From NCBI GenBank assembly GCA_951406725.2, contig OX597817.1, positions 66,154,001-66,218,000 of the forward strand: a DNA stretch of 64,000 nucleotides. Direction: 5' to 3'. Position 1 is the first letter of the stretch, and every line of letters starts with the position of its first letter. Positions 1 to 11,931 of the stretch are shown here, piece by piece. Below the pieces are notes generated by a model. It made no database searches. It had not been told where the DNA came from and was given only the letters and a program-made list of their open reading frames with translations. The stretch comes from Octopus vulgaris. Lineage: Eukaryota. The translations under genes were made by a program, and so were the position numbers.

Positions 1-558
1 ATGCGCCCAGAGAACTATGAAATCAGTCTACCCATAGTCATCCATTGTCCGAACATTTAAGAATTTTGAATTTTTATCAAACAGCTGTACTCACATGCAG
101 AACAGATCAGTTGTGTGAATTGCCCCTGCTACCTTCCTTTGACCAGGAAGCACGAGTGTTTTTCCTCTATCTAATGGTGAAAAATGTTCTGTGCTGGTAC
201 AACCAAAAAGACCGAGGACGACCTACTAGAAATAGTAACTAATCCTTTTGTAAAAAAAGTGGAGAATACATTGAGAAATATAGTTGTAGATATACAAAAA
301 AAAAACCGGTTGGGATGCCTTTGATCATAGGTTTGTTCGATCGGGGATTAAACAAACAACATTTAAAAACTGATATGAAGGCCCAATATTTTAGGTACGT
401 AAATAGGATGTTATGTTCCTGCTTTATCTAAAGACATTACCAGGTAAAGAAAAATTAACTGGTTTCAACTGAAAATCGAAACCGGATTGCAAAATTGTCG
501 GCTGTTTGATATTTCTCTTTGGTTAAGTGTAGAAAAAAAGTGTAAAACCTTTGAGCAC

Positions 559-565
559 TATAAAA
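559..565 (+). promoter_or_regulatory. Candidate TATA box upstream of the CNOT2-like ORF
   Basis: TATAAAA about 100 bp upstream of ATG 661; motif only. Confidence 0.35.
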
Positions 566-660
566 AGTTGAAAGCTTGGTTAGTTTACACAGTCTTTTAC
601 AGGCAGTGCCATATTCAGATGTAACTGTGCTGTGTTTCCAGAATATCTGCCTAGGTAAAA

Positions 661-1893
661 ATGAATTCTAATCAAAACAGAGAAAATGTTTCTTTGTGCC
701 TTGGAGAAGGAAATTATACGTATCGTTCACGAACTGCAAACCATCCATGCCTGTATTCAAACGTTGTGAAATATGGGGCTACAACACATAAGGACAATGT
801 TCAGCTGAATGAAAACGAGTCAAATCTACAATCTTCCACTGCATTTTCTAATCTATCGTTACCGCTTTTAGACGATAAACTAAACCTTGATTTACATATC
901 ACCATGGATCAATCAAGTGGCAGAATATGTAATAAAATATCAGACTCTGAAACTGTTAGTCATCAACCCAGTATAACGCACAAACAAAACAAAACCAGGT
1001 TCAAATCGACTACATCTCGCGAAATTCAGGAAAGACATGCACAATTCAATGCCTCAAGAGGAATAGTCCCTACCTATGCTGATGTTTCCAAAACTTGGAT
1101 GGATCCAAGCACTTGTGCATCAACGTGGCAGTGGACAGGGAAGCAGGAGAACGTAATTCCTTCCACTAATACTATCCTCGACGATTATGCGACTCCAAAA
1201 GGCACGACTTTCTCACTTACTAGTGATCATTCAGCGTTATCAGGAGTTACACCAGTACAGCAGTTCCCACACGAACATCCAAGTATCACAGACGGAAGAA
1301 AGAAACCTCCTCTAAACGTGCGAGGTAGTATGCCGGAATCTAGGTACAGTGCTACAAAAAATCGAAACATTAATGCTGGTTATGATTTTGGGCTCTTGTC
1401 TTTCTTTCAAGACTTAGAATTAAAACGAAGTTTGCCACCGGGTAACGAGCATTTGACTGGCCTGAATTTAAACAAATTGTTACCGAATAAAAATGGAAGT
1501 CAATTGGACAAATTCAAAAATCCCTGGACACCGATTCCTGCTCAACCAAAAAACATTGATCAATATAATCCCACCGAATACATAAACAATTACAGAATAA
1601 AGGAGCAATTGCCTCCAGTAAAACTTTCAAGGTACTCCGATGATGTATTGTTTTATCTATTTTACGTATATGTTGGAGATACGATGCAAATGGCGGCTTC
1701 GTTTGAACTCTTCAAACGAGAATGGCGTTATAACAAAATTGAAAAAATATGGATGTCCAGAATTCCTGGTGTCATTCCCGATGCCACCGGCAGTGACTGG
1801 GAACGGGGGTGTTTCTTTTACTTTAATACAAAAACTTGGCAGAAGGAAATCAAAACATTTACAATCGACGTAAGGAAGACTATTGTTATGTAA
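661..1893 (+). CDS. CNOT2: CCR4-NOT subunit 2-like protein (NOT2/3/5 C-terminal domain), intronless and divergent; probable retrogene
   Basis: 410-aa ORF. The C-terminal part (LTGLNLN...FKNPW...PTEYINN...KLSRYSDDVLFYLFY...AASFELFKREWRYNK..KIWMSR...ERGCFFYFNTKTW) matches the CNOT2 NOT-box. AATAAA at 2104. Confidence 0.8.
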   Translation: MNSNQNRENVSLCLGEGNYTYRSRTANHPCLYSNVVKYGATTHKDNVQLNENESNLQSSTAFSNLSLPLLDDKLNLDLHITMDQSSGRICNKISDSETVSHQPSITHKQNKTRFKSTTSREIQERHAQFNASRGIVPTYADVSKTWMDPSTCASTWQWTGKQENVIPSTNTILDDYATPKGTTFSLTSDHSALSGVTPVQQFPHEHPSITDGRKKPPLNVRGSMPESRYSATKNRNINAGYDFGLLSFFQDLELKRSLPPGNEHLTGLNLNKLLPNKNGSQLDKFKNPWTPIPAQPKNIDQYNPTEYINNYRIKEQLPPVKLSRYSDDVLFYLFYVYVGDTMQMAASFELFKREWRYNKIEKIWMSRIPGVIPDATGSDWERGCFFYFNTKTWQKEIKTFTIDVRKTIVM

Positions 1894-1995
1894 TGCAGTC
1901 TTTTAACTCCGATTCCATCATTGCTTGAAGGAAGACCATTGAAGGAAGACCATTGTTATGTAATGCAGTCTTTTAACTCCGATTCCATCATTGCT
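1873..1995 (+). repeat. ~52-bp direct duplication spanning the CNOT2-like stop codon
   Basis: ggaagac(t/c)attgttatgtaatgcagtcttttaactccgattccatcattgct occurs twice. Confidence 0.85.
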
Positions 1996-3376
1996 CAACC
2001 GTTTTTATTTCAAATGAACACTTTATATGCCTAATTTTTCGACAAAAATTCTTCTGTTTAGATGTATCATGCATGTACGCACATTTTGTTCATTGAAGCA
2101 TAGAATAAACTTATTTCACCCTATTCTGTTTATATGTATTTATCTCCTGTTCGTGTCGGAATTGAAACCCTATGATAACATTTCTAAAACGTGGATGGAA
2201 ATTAAGGGAGCAAATATGTCAAATATTTAAAATATATTATGAAGAATAAATTTGTTTTTAATTTTTGAGTGTAACTATTTTACACTCTCCTCTTTCACTG
2301 AAAAATAATTTCAAGGCAATATCTTTTTAGCCAAAATTTATAAAGTTATCTTTTATGGAATAATAAAATTAACTCCTCCAAACTGAGGTTTTTACGCTGT
2401 CATCTGCATTTACAATGTGTAAAGAAAAAACGCATGCATTTCACCAGTCAAGATAACGTGTTCCTAACAACACTTCACTATTCTATATCAACTTCAACAT
2501 ACTATTTCTCTACAATCGATGTTTTTAGCTAGTAACTGTTATAAACACCAATTTTAACTAGAAAAATTTACTTTCACCAAATATGTTTAGCTCTTACACT
2601 GATATTGTTAGTTGTAAGGCCTCAGGCAAGTTGTGATCGAGTAGACTTACAACACCCAGATAGTCATAAAACCAAATCCATCTTTTATAAGTTATACTAT
2701 ATCTCTGTCAACATTAAATATAATGCACACTCCTATGAGCAGTAATGAATCGTATTGGGACATCATACACTTCGGGCATGTTACTTCCTCCCCACTGACC
2801 TGTGTATTCTTTGTATATCTGAGGATTCTGATGGTGGCCATAACGGTGACTGGCAAGACGAACCCAGTCACCTTGCGACTGTTGCAATTACTTTGCGCTT
2901 ACTGTCGATGGTGTACGTTCCAGCACAGTTTGATGGTTGGTTAGGTTATCATTGTTGCAGTATTTGGGATTGGAGACAAAATGGAGAAGTTTATTATTAT
3001 TTTGTTTTTGTGATGATGATGCTGTTCTAGGATGGGTGTTGAAATGTATTCGAAGTAATGCTTTATGTAATGACACGTACTGTGAGGATGGGAGTTTGTT
3101 GCTACAACCATCGGTTCCTCTTTCGTGTCCAAGTGATCTTTTGATTTATATTTTTTTAGTATCTTTGTTTTGTGTATACTCTTCACGACCTGTAATCATG
3201 GGTAGCACCAGATTATTCAGCACTTTAGGGCAGCATAAATGTGCTTCCGTTACTTCCTATTCTGCAGTGTACGCCCGCTTATCCAAGTCCACGCTGTGTG
3301 ACATCTTTCTATTCATACAATATATGACATCTAATTCCAGTGCTATAATGTGAATCCATATATCATAGCTCTACAG

Positions 3377-5594
3377 CAGGGGTGCACACACCTTTTCAGT
3401 ATGCGAGCTACTTATAAAATAACCAAGTCAAAATTATCTACCTACTGTAAAAATGCAAAACATATAAAGAATCCTCAACATATTTATAAATAAATACATG
3501 TACAATATGTGTACCTTGCATAACTCTTGAACCCATATTCCACAATACATCTCTGTACATTTTTTGTCATTACCTTACTCTGATGACTTGCACTGGATGG
3601 AATCAGCCAGGGATGCATAGTCCGGACAGTAGCTGCTGGTAGCTAGCCTAAAGCACACTTCCAAATGATTATCAGTCATGGTAGAACGATATTTGGACTT
3701 GATAATCTTCATTTTATCTGAGAAAAGGTTGACTCTCATAAGTGAAGCCAAACAATGCAGTCAAGGAGGTAGCACATTTCCTCATGTCGGGGTACTATTC
3801 CTCTGTGAGTAAGTTCCAGAACTGTCCGTGGGCCCTTGACTTCAGCTGAATGTCAGCCTGTAGTATCAAAATCTCACCCTCCACTCTAGAAGAGTTCAGA
3901 TGAAGCAGTGTTACAATTTTTGATGCGAGTGAATCAACCTCGGTATCTTTCCGAAAAGGGTAGCGACTGGCTTCAGTAAAACAAAGTCTTGGAAACGTTT
4001 GTCAAACTCTGACAGACAATTGTCAATCTGCTTTGTGTAGCGTGCACTGTCAAGTTGCACACACACACACACACCTTCCCTTGGCTCTCTAGTTCTGATG
4101 TGAGGTTCTTTAAGTTTACCAAATCATGGCACTGCAGCTTTGAGGAGAGATGTTGCATTTTTCGTTTGAAAGCATTAACTGAGCTGATGATATTGATCAC
4201 GGTTTTATCTTTTTCTTGCAGCTCTACACTAAGGTCATTCAACATGTTGGTCAGATCGGTTAAATATGCCAAGTCTAGTAGTCACAGATTGTCATTTAGT
4301 TGGTTGTATTCTGCATGTTTAACTTCACGGAAAATCTCCTTAATCTCCGGACAGAACTCCTGAAATCATTGCAGGAATTTTCCTCGACTAAGCCATCTCA
4401 CGTCAGTGTGTAGCAACAACTCAAATTGGTGACAGTCAACCTGCTCCAGATGCGCACGGAATACCCGTCTTTGAAGAGATCTGGCACGAATAGAACAAGC
4501 GATCTTCGTTGCCACATCCATTATCTCTTTCATGTTGAGCATTTTTGCGCATAACGCTCGTTGGTGTATTATACAGTGGTAATTGAGGAAGTCCGGGAAA
4601 GCATCGTACTCCCTGTACTTGGCAATAAATCCATTTGGCCGGCCAACCATCGCGGGCGCTCCGCCCGTGGTTATGGACACCAATTTGCACACTGGGAGCT
4701 GAGTTTTCTCGATAAAGTTTTTGGAAGACTGAAATATGTCCTCTCCTCGCGTATGTTCTTTCAGGGGCAGTACTGTTAACAGCTCCTCTTTTGTAGTCAT
4801 ATCGGTAAACACCATCCGAATAAAAATGCACAGCTGGGCCGTGTCACTCACATCTGTAGACTCGTCCAACTGCAGTGAGAAACACTCGCAGTTCGCGATG
4901 TCTTTCCAGAGTTGTTGGGTCAAATCCTCGACCATGGCTTCACTGCGCCGTATAACCGTACTTCGTTGAGTTAGCTGCTTCAATGAATGCCTCTTTTACC
5001 ATCTCTCCATCTTGAAAGGATTTCTTGTTCTTAACGATGAAGTGGCTCAACTGGAATGAACTTCGGTGGCTACCTTTGCTTTTGAAGTTAGCTGTGTGAA
5101 AAATGACAACTGTCCAGACAACTGGGATTTTAGTTCCATCACTACTCTCTTTCTCAGCTCGCTTTTCGGGGGGGGGGGTCAGTGCCATAGTTTTATGAAA
5201 GGTCCGAAAATGCCGCACCACATTTCCCTTCTTCGGAATAGCAATGGCACACTGGCAGATGAGGCAAACGCACTTCGAATATAACATTTTGAAAAAAAAA
5301 GTCCTCCTCCCATTCTGTATGGAAGTGGTAGATTTTTGGTTTCTTACTTGGTCCAGCTCCCCCACTAACTAGCTTGCGAGAGTTTTGCAGCACTTAGCAC
5401 CGTTGTATGCGCATGCGTGGTGACGCATGTTTCAGAGAAGGTCAGATGTCAGACTGGCTGCCCTGTATGCCAATCAAGTGACAAATTTCATAGCAGTGGA
5501 TAGGCTGACGTCTGTTTTTTTAATGCCATGCGATCTACCCACACCGCCTTTGCGATCGATCGGTAGATCGTGATCGACGTACTGGACACCCCTG
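3377..5594 (-). mobile_element. hAT (Charlie/SPIN, GTF2IRD2-like) DNA transposon, decayed
   Basis: Termini CAGGGGTGCACA / TGGACACCCCTG; transposase fragments inside; the 8-bp flanks do not match. Confidence 0.88.
3575..5393 (-). pseudogene. hAT transposase pseudogene (frameshifted)
   Basis: BED-like CVCLIC...RHF..H, FSLQLDESTDVSD, HCIIHQ, VRWLSRG, AYLTDLT and C-terminal IKSKYRS..TD motifs spread over several frames. Confidence 0.88.
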
Positions 5595-6300
5595 ACATAA
5601 GTAATTCTCCGCAGGAACAAGCATAAGAATTTGCGTGGATAGTGGGGTTTTGAGTTGTATGTAATGAAGGAATTAAAAGTATTTCAAAAGCATTTATAAA
5701 AATGAATTATTTTTATATTCAGTGATATTTGTCCTACGAATATTTCAAATCTATGACGATTTTCAATTGTTTCTAATCTTTTGATGATGACTATAATTCC
5801 TGTAGAAATGAGGAAATTTGCACCATGGAAAATTCTGAGTGCGTAGTGGAAGTATCATGCGGTCTAAATTTAGGTAAGACAATTTCAAATCAAATTCTGA
5901 TTTCACTTTAGTGTAAAAGTAACCAAGGTAACACTAATAATAATAAAAAAAGAAGAGAAAGCATTGAAATTACGTAAGCACGCGCGCATATGTTTGCGTG
6001 CGTGCGTACATGCGTATGTATGTGTGTGTGTCAGTGTATGAATTTTGTCGAGGACCGGGATATAAATTCTGGATGAGCTGCCGATAGCTTTGCGCAGGCA
6101 CAAACAAAAAATAAACGTCAGTCTAACGGCCTTGACATCATCAAACAAAGGTCACTTCTGTATGAAGTCATATACCAAACATATGAAAACAGAAATATGA
6201 TATAAAAACTACATATTTGGCATTCTTGTATTAGTTAAACAATTAAATATATACAACCGATGCACAGCCACTAAAGAAATCTATTGCTACTATTCACGGG

Positions 6301-6340
6301 AATTAATGAATAACAATAAAGTGAAAAGCAATATCAGTGA
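6301..6340 (+). promoter_or_regulatory. Putative snRNA proximal sequence element (PSE), -90 to -51 of U4
   Basis: aattaatgaataacaataaagtgaaaagcaatatcagtga aligns at the same distance (-91 to -52) upstream of the solitary U4, whose flank is otherwise unrelated. Confidence 0.55.
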
Positions 6341-6390
6341 TTGTATAGGGTTGATTTTCTGTTAAGTTGAAAAATGGCGTCAGTTTCGGT

Positions 6391-6530
6391 AGCTTTGCGC
6401 AGAGGCGGTACCATGGCCAATGAGGTAAATCCGAGGCGTGGTTATTGCTAGTTGAAAACTATTCCCAATACCCCGCGTTGCTATCCATAATAGATAGCAA
6501 ACGCAATTTTTACTCACCTCTGAGGAGGTG
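6391..6530 (+). ncRNA. U4: U4 spliceosomal snRNA, array variant, copy 1
   Basis: AGCTTTGCGCAG start; K-turn GCCAATGAGG..CCGAGGC; TGCTAGTTGAAAACTATTCCCAATACCCCGC; Sm-like AATTTTTA; terminal hairpin CACCTC-TGAG-GAGGTG; 3'-box-like attaaagaataga downstream. Confidence 0.93.
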
Positions 6531-7202
6531 CAATATCAATTAAAGAATAGATATAATATAGCCTTTTGGTTGGAAAACCTACTGCAGTTGTAGTATCAGT
6601 CGTTCTCTGTTTAAATGGTCTCCTCAGAGATCATTTGGTCTCCCATTGATCATTTAGTGCGTATCGTCGTCATTTTTTGGCAATGATGCATAGGAACGAC
6701 AGCTAGTTCAAAATTTAAGAAAGAGAAGGCATTGAAATTACGTGGGTGCGAATGTCTGTGTGTGTGTCCGTGTATATACACGTATGTGCATAGGTTCGGT
6801 CGTGCATGCGTATGTATGAGTGTTTGTACCGATGAGTTTTGTCCTGGGCCGGGAATTAAATTCTGGGTTAGCTGCCGATGGCTTTGTGCGGGAATAAACA
6901 GAAATTACGTGGGAGATTTTGTGTGTGTGTGTGTGTGTGCGTACGTGCATACATGCATGCGTGTGTATGTTTGTTTGTCATTGTATGAGTTTTGTCGAGG
7001 ACTGGGACACAAATTCTGGATGAGCTGCCGATAGCTTTGTGCAGGCACAAACAAAAAATAAACGTCAGTCTAACGGCCTTGACATCATCAAACAAAGGTC
7101 ACTTCTGTATAAAGTCATATACCAAACATATGAAAACAGAAATATGATATAAAAACTACATATTTGGCATTCTTGTATTAGTTAAACAATTAAATATTGC
7201 TA

Positions 7203-7295
7203 GTGGTTATTGCTAGTTGAAAACTATTCCCAATACCCCGCGTTGCTATCCATAATAGATAGCAAACGCAATTTTTACTCACCTCTGAGGAGGTG
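7203..7295 (+). pseudogene. 5'-truncated U4 copy (promoter and first ~47 nt deleted)
   Basis: Identical to the 3' part of the array U4; the junction duplicates attgctag. Confidence 0.85.
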
Positions 7296-8671
7296 CAATA
7301 TCAATTGAAAAATAGACATTAATATAGCCCTTTGGTTAGAAAACTTACTGCAGTGGTGGTCTCCTCAGGACTTACAGTCCCGTTGATCATTTAGTGCATA
7401 TCGTCGTCATTTTTTGGCAATGATGCATAGGAACGACAGCTAGTTCAAAATTTAATAACTCACTATTTCGGTAGCTAAAAGGCACTAAATATTAAAATAT
7501 AAAAGTGAGGTATCAAAGGATAGCAACTGAGCAAAAAACAACATAAAGGGGTGTAAATATCAATATATTTATTGAAAACAAAAGAGGAACTAACGTAATT
7601 AAATTAAAATCAAATTAACATAATTGCTTTCACACAATTTCTTTTGGTGTCTAAACAGCAGTTTCTCATGATTTATAAACACCAATGGATCCAATTTTCT
7701 TCAACAGTTTGCTAAGATGTTTATAATCATAACAACAATTTTCACTTCACTTCGGTAAAGTGCATGTTAGATGGTGCAATATCAATTAAAGAATAGACAT
7801 TAATATAGCCTTTTAGTCGGAAAACCTATTGCAATCGTTCTCTGTTTAAATGATTCCCTTAACTTAGAGTCCCATTGACCATTTAGTGCGTATCGTCGTC
7901 ATTTTTTGGCATGATGCATAGGAACGACTGCCAATACAAAATTTTATAACTTACTATTTCGATAGCTAAATATTAAAACATAACAGTGATAGGTATCAAA
8001 GAATAGCAGCTAAGGAACTATCGTAATTAAATTGAAATCGAATTAACATAATTGCTTTCACACAATTTCTGTTCCTTTTCTTTTGATGTCCAAAGAGCAG
8101 TTTCTCGTGATTTATAAACATCTATGGGCCCTGTTTTTTTTTTGTTTTTGTTTTTTTCAACAGTTTGCTAAGACGTTTATGATCATAACGACAATTGTCA
8201 CTTCGGTAATGTGCATGTGAGATGTTCAAATTTTCTTAGTGTTCAAACTTTCTATGCTCATCTGATTTCTTAAAATTCATATAGTTGAATACTCTGTCCA
8301 AGTCAGCATATTATGTGGTAAAATGCAAAGTGCTAAAGCTAATTTACACTAATGTCCGAATTAGCATTACATAGTTGAATGCGATGATACTCCAATCCAG
8401 AAATAAACTGTTCTTCGGACATTTGAATTTTCTTTTATAGCTAAACACTAAAAATTGTAATTTAAAAATGAATCAGTATGTTGAAACGGTATATATAAAA
8501 ATTAACAGCAAGAATATTATTTACAATTGATGGATATTTGTCCTCATCTTGTTTGTTGTTAACACAACGTTTCGGCTGATATACCCCCAAGCATTAATCT
8601 GGTGTCTTGGGGAAATTTCGAACCTGGGTTCTCATTCCTAAGGTATTTTTCGATGTTGTTATTATTATTAA

Positions 8672-8734
8672 GGTCACTGCCTGGAATCGAACTTGGAGTT
8701 AGTAGCCAGCGCTCTTAACCCTACGCCATATGCC
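8672..8734 (-). other. tRNA-derived (A/B-box) segment in the Penelope 3' end
   Basis: Reverse strand GGCATATGGCGTAGGGTTAAGAGCGC...AGTTCGATTCCAGG; second copy at 19377-19439. Confidence 0.6.
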
Positions 8735-9837
8735 AGTGGGCAATTATGGAGTGAATTTTAGGACTCATAAGTCTAATATTCTCCTATCCTTCCTTGATAC
8801 CGGTTCCCATATGCTGTTCATATCTGCACTTGGTCTGCTTAGGAGGTTGTTGTGTCCTAGCACATGTGCTGCTTCTTTTAGTTCTCGTATTTTCCAGTGG
8901 TGTTCTCTGTCTATTATTTTAACTTTATCCCACAGGGGGAGGTGGTCTCCATTTTTCCATACATGATCAGCTATACCCGATTTATCAATATCTCCTCGTG
9001 TCACAGCTTTGCGATGTTTCTCTATCATTATTTTGAAAGGGCGGCATGTTTCGCCTTTGTATAACCTACGACTACTGCATGCGATGGAGTACACGCAGTT
9101 CTTAGTCATATTCTCTTCTGTTGGTGGTTTTACTCGAAAGAGATATTTGCGAAGTGTTACAATACTTTTGAATACTGTCCTGATGTCATATGGGCTACAT
9201 ATCTTTTGTATCTTTTCGGAGAGGCCTTTCACATAGGGTAGACAGACTGTGAACAGTTTATTGGGTTTATCCTCTCTTTTCTTCATAATTGGAGTGGAGA
9301 GAATGCTTTGGGGGTAGTTGTTGCTCAATAGAGTGTTACTGAGCTTAATCAATTCTTCGTGGTGGGTATCACGATCGCTACTTATATTCATTGCTCGATG
9401 TTTTAGGCACTGAGCAATCCATATCTTTACACTGTATGGATGACGGGAGTTGAAGTTGAGATATCGTCCAGTGAAGGTCGGCTTGCGGTATACGGATGTC
9501 CTGAATAATTACTTGGTGCGTATAATTAATACGTCCAGGAATGCTAGCTGATTGTCTTTTTCTTTTTCCATTGTGAACTGTATGGATGGCTTTATTGAGT
9601 TCACATGATCTAACAGCACTGGAACATCTTCCTGGGGAGGCCAGAGTATGAAGGTGTCATCAACATATCGCAACCATAGGGTTGGTTTTAGTGTTGTTGA
9701 TCCTAAAGTCAAATTCTCAAAGTATTCCATTATATATTGGCTATTATCGGTGATAATAGCGAACCAATAGCTAAACCCTCTTCTTGTTGATATATAGCAG
9801 TGTCCATATTTAAGTAGGTAGTTTCTACACAGAAGGT

Positions 9838-10384
9838 TGTAGTGACGCTATACAGCGGCGCGCGCGCACCGTCTATTCCTGTTTCGCGCGTGCGGGGTCG
9901 GTGCTTTCACCACCGGAAGTAGGACCCTTTTGCCTACGTGGCAGTTAGCCGAGGCAAGGGGATCGTAGAACGTTTGACCACTAGCAGCAGTCAGCAGCGA
10001 CTTGAGACATGGCTATCGAAGGTACAACACGTATATTCTCTCTGTCCATTTTAGATAGCAGTCGGCCGAAGGCTTTAACCAAATTGTTGCAGACTACATC
10101 ATCTTCCTTTCTCCGGACGCCATCTTTGACAAGTGTCGTTTTGCATTTGAACACTTTCTTATTTTACAGCGATAAGGTTCAGCTGAGACACATCTATACC
10201 AAAGGGATGCCAGATACACCAATTATCTGTTACCACATAAGAGAATAAAGTAGATATATATTATTTACGTCTGCGTCTTGTTGTTTCTGACTGGTAGAGA
10301 ATCTGGATTATTAAAGCAACGGAAAGTTATTGCTTCTCGCACCCCCAAAAGGTCCAGAGAAGATATTCACACGAGTTCGTTACA
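9838..10384. mobile_element. Solo LTR inserted in Penelope copy A
   Basis: TGTA...TACA termini; 4-bp TSD aggt; absent from duplicate copy B (agaaggttaac near 20501). Confidence 0.85.
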
Positions 10385-10755
10385 AGGTTAACATTTCCAT
10401 CAAGTTTCTTATTGGTATACTAGTGCGTTCTTTTAGATGGATGACTGTCACTAGTTTTTCTTGAATCACCGATAGTGCTTCACCAGTTGGGACTTTAGTG
10501 AACAGACTTATCACATCTAGACTCACCATCTGGTTGTATTCATCCACTGAGCCGCGTCCTTGTGGATATAATCAGTCCATTAGCAGAACAGTCAACATCG
10601 TACGTGAAGAATTCCACCCACTTCACAGAATTGATCAAGGATACTCCCATTGAATCCAGCCAGATGGTGAGTCTAGATGTGATATCAACAACACCAACAA
10701 CAACAACATCGAAAAATACCTTAAGAATGAGAACCCATGTTAGAAATTTCCCCAA

Positions 10756-10801
10756 GACACCTGATGAAGATTGGGGGGTATATCAGCCGAAAAGTTTTGT
10801 T
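10756..10801 (+). ncRNA. Minimal type-I hammerhead ribozyme motif in the Penelope pLTR (degenerate)
   Basis: GACAC-CTGATGA-stem II-GAAA; other copies at 20848-20892 (+), 8561-8606 (-) and 19269-19314 (-). Confidence 0.6.
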
Positions 10802-11791
10802 AACAACAAAAAAGATGAAGACAAATATCCGTCAACTGTAAATAACGTAAATAATGTACATAATTCCTCATCTCTTATATATAGAACAGCAAGAATATTG
10901 TTATACTCTGCTACTTTACTATATCAAATTGACTGCAATAGTCATATTTTACAACTTTTACTGTTCCATATAAATTTTTTTTTGTTTTTTGTTTTTGAAA
11001 TCGTAATCGAATGGGCCAAAGGCATAAGTAATTCTCCGCGAGAACAAACAAAAGTTTGCATAGATAACGGGGTTTTATCTTCATTATATATAATGAAAGA
11101 ATTAAAAGTATTTCAAAAACGTTTCTAAAATTATTTTTATATTCAATGTCATTTGTCCTCTGAATATTTCAAATCTATAATGATTTTCAATTGTTTTTAA
11201 TATTCTGAAGATGCCTAAAATTTCCGTAGAAAGGTGGAAAATTGCGCCATGGCAAATTCCGTGTGCGCAGTGGAAGTGCCATGCGGCCTAAATTTAGGTA
11301 GGAATAATTCTTAATTAAATTCTGATTTCACTTCCGTAGAAAAGTACTCAATATAACACTAAACTTAATAATTAGAAAAGCAGAGAAAGCATTGGAATTA
11401 CCTCTGTGTGTGCGTGTATATGTGTGTTTGTCAGTGTATGAGTTTTGTCGAGGACCCAGATACAAATTCTGGATGAGCAACCGATGGCTTTGTGCAGGTA
11501 TAAACAGTAAAATAAACGTCAGTCTAATGGCCTTGACATCATCAAACAAAGGTCACTTCTGTATGAAGTCATATACCAAACATATAAAAACATAAATATG
11601 ATATAAAAACTAAATAATTGGCATTCTTGTATGAGTTAAACAATTAAATATATACAACCGATGCACAGCCACTAAAGAAATCTGTTGCTACTATTCACGG
11701 GAATTAATGAATAACAATAAAGTGAAAAGCAATATCAGTGATTGTATAGGGTTGATTTTCTGTTAAGTTGACAAATGGCGTTATTTTCGGT

Positions 11792-11931
11792 AGCTTTGCG
11801 CAGAGGCGGTACCATGGCCAATGAGGTAAATCCGAGGCGTGGTTATTGCTAGTTGAAAACTATTCCCAATACCCCGCGTTGCTATCCATAATAGATAGCA
11901 AGCGCAATTTTTACTCACCTCTGAGGAGGTG
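11792..11931 (+). ncRNA. U4: U4 snRNA, array variant, copy 2
   Basis: Full length; one A>G change in the 3' stem-loop that keeps a G-U pair. Confidence 0.93.

Larger units (their letters stand above)
8519..10884 (-). mobile_element. Penelope-like retroelement (RT + GIY-YIG), decayed, with inverted terminal pLTR segments
   Basis: WLRYVDDTF RT motif; GIY-YIG region CVYSIAC..LYKGET...EKH; inverted ~150-bp ends; 15-bp TSD aacagcaagaatatt (8504-8518 / 10885-10899); an uninterrupted homologous site lies near 12680. Confidence 0.9.

Noticed and set aside
2723-3353. Overlapping 60-138 aa ORFs
   Set aside because: No recognisable domain or coherent splice structure
6655-6705. Sm-like ATTTTTTGG within a weak hairpin downstream of U4 (possible SL or U7-like RNA)
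   Set aside because: No upstream element, splice donor or convincing structure; the copy near 22150 has lost the motif
8672-8734. Functional tRNA gene
   Set aside because: No acceptor stem and a shortened variable region; it is a tRNA-derived head inside a retroelement
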